From Octopus bimaculoides (lineage: Eukaryota): a DNA stretch of 64,000 nucleotides. Of this stretch, positions 63,288-64,000 are shown in pieces (positions within the stretch are counted from its first letter, which is position 1; every line of letters starts with the position of its first letter). The stretch lies in NCBI RefSeq assembly GCF_001194135.2, contig NC_068997.1, positions 2,072,340-2,136,339 on the forward strand, in the 5' to 3' direction. The position numbers were made by a program, and so were the translations under genes. The notes beneath the pieces were generated by a model that was given only the letters and a program-made list of their open reading frames with translations, ran no database searches and was not told where the DNA came from.

Positions 63288-63897
63288 CTAAATAAGCAAG
63301 TAAAAGAAAAACAAATCCTATAAAAGGATGAAAGATACTCAATAAAATATATTTAAGCAGGCCCTGATTTATTATATAATGTTTATCCTACAGAGTAGCT
63401 TCCAGCTAAATATACAATATACTTACACAACTCATTTATGTTGTTTGATTAATGTACATAGAGAATAGATTAAATCATAAACAGTACCAAATTATTTTTT
63501 GTATTCTGACATTATATTGCCTAATTTATGTATGTTATACTTATATTCAATGTTTATTCGTACAAAACATGGAATTACACAGAATATGGGACTTGTCTAT
63601 ACAAGTGTAAAAGAATATACATTTTCATAGGACTTTGAACTTTGAACTCTTTTTTATATTTCAGCGATGATCACACCCTCCCCTCTTTTCTTATTATTTT
63701 TCCATCCTACTTCCTAAAATTGACATCTTTGAAAGGCCACCAGCCCTTGTGAGAAAAAGTGTTCATTTAAAAATACGTTGAAAGGCATACAATGGAAAGA
63801 AAAAGGAAAGGAGAACGAAAAAATAAAAATGCTTTGTAATGAAATTTCAATGAATTGACCACATCAAATTGAAAAGAAACATCTCTTTCTCTCTCCC

Positions 63898-63950
<53 letters not shown>
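63898..63950. repeat. (CTAT)n microsatellite
   Basis: Read directly from the sequence. Confidence 0.95.
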
Positions 63951-63951
<1 letters not shown>

Positions 63952-64000
63952 ATTTCTCCATCCTTTATTATCTTTTCTCCTCTTTCGTGATTGTCTTCAA

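Overview
AT-rich, microsatellite-dense eukaryotic scaffold with many N gaps. Its SINE families and composition look like an octopus/coleoid genome (inference, not checked by search). No intact protein-coding gene is recognisable, and nearly all long ORFs in the track are microsatellite or gap artefacts. Recognisable content is TE relics: three tRNA-head SINE families, several Tc1/mariner relics (Hsmar1-like, maT/DD37D, DD34E, a double-5'-end MITE family), Tigger, piggyBac, and RTE, Tx1/L1 and R4/Dong LINE fragments. The main result is four unrelated families of minimal type I hammerhead ribozyme (HHR) motifs at 18.0-18.8 kb, 53.3-54.1 kb (two families) and 58.9-59.2 kb. Each has a palindromic, loop-less stem III and sits in inverted pairs or foldbacks. 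The cores include C3-G8, U3-A8 and G3-C8, consistent with compensatory changes. Also notable are a twin-primed (5'-inverted) RTE-like LINE with an 8-bp TSD inside a maT transposase, a candidate HDV-like ribozyme fold, an isolated kinase DFG-motif fragment, and several candidate exons bounded by splice sites.
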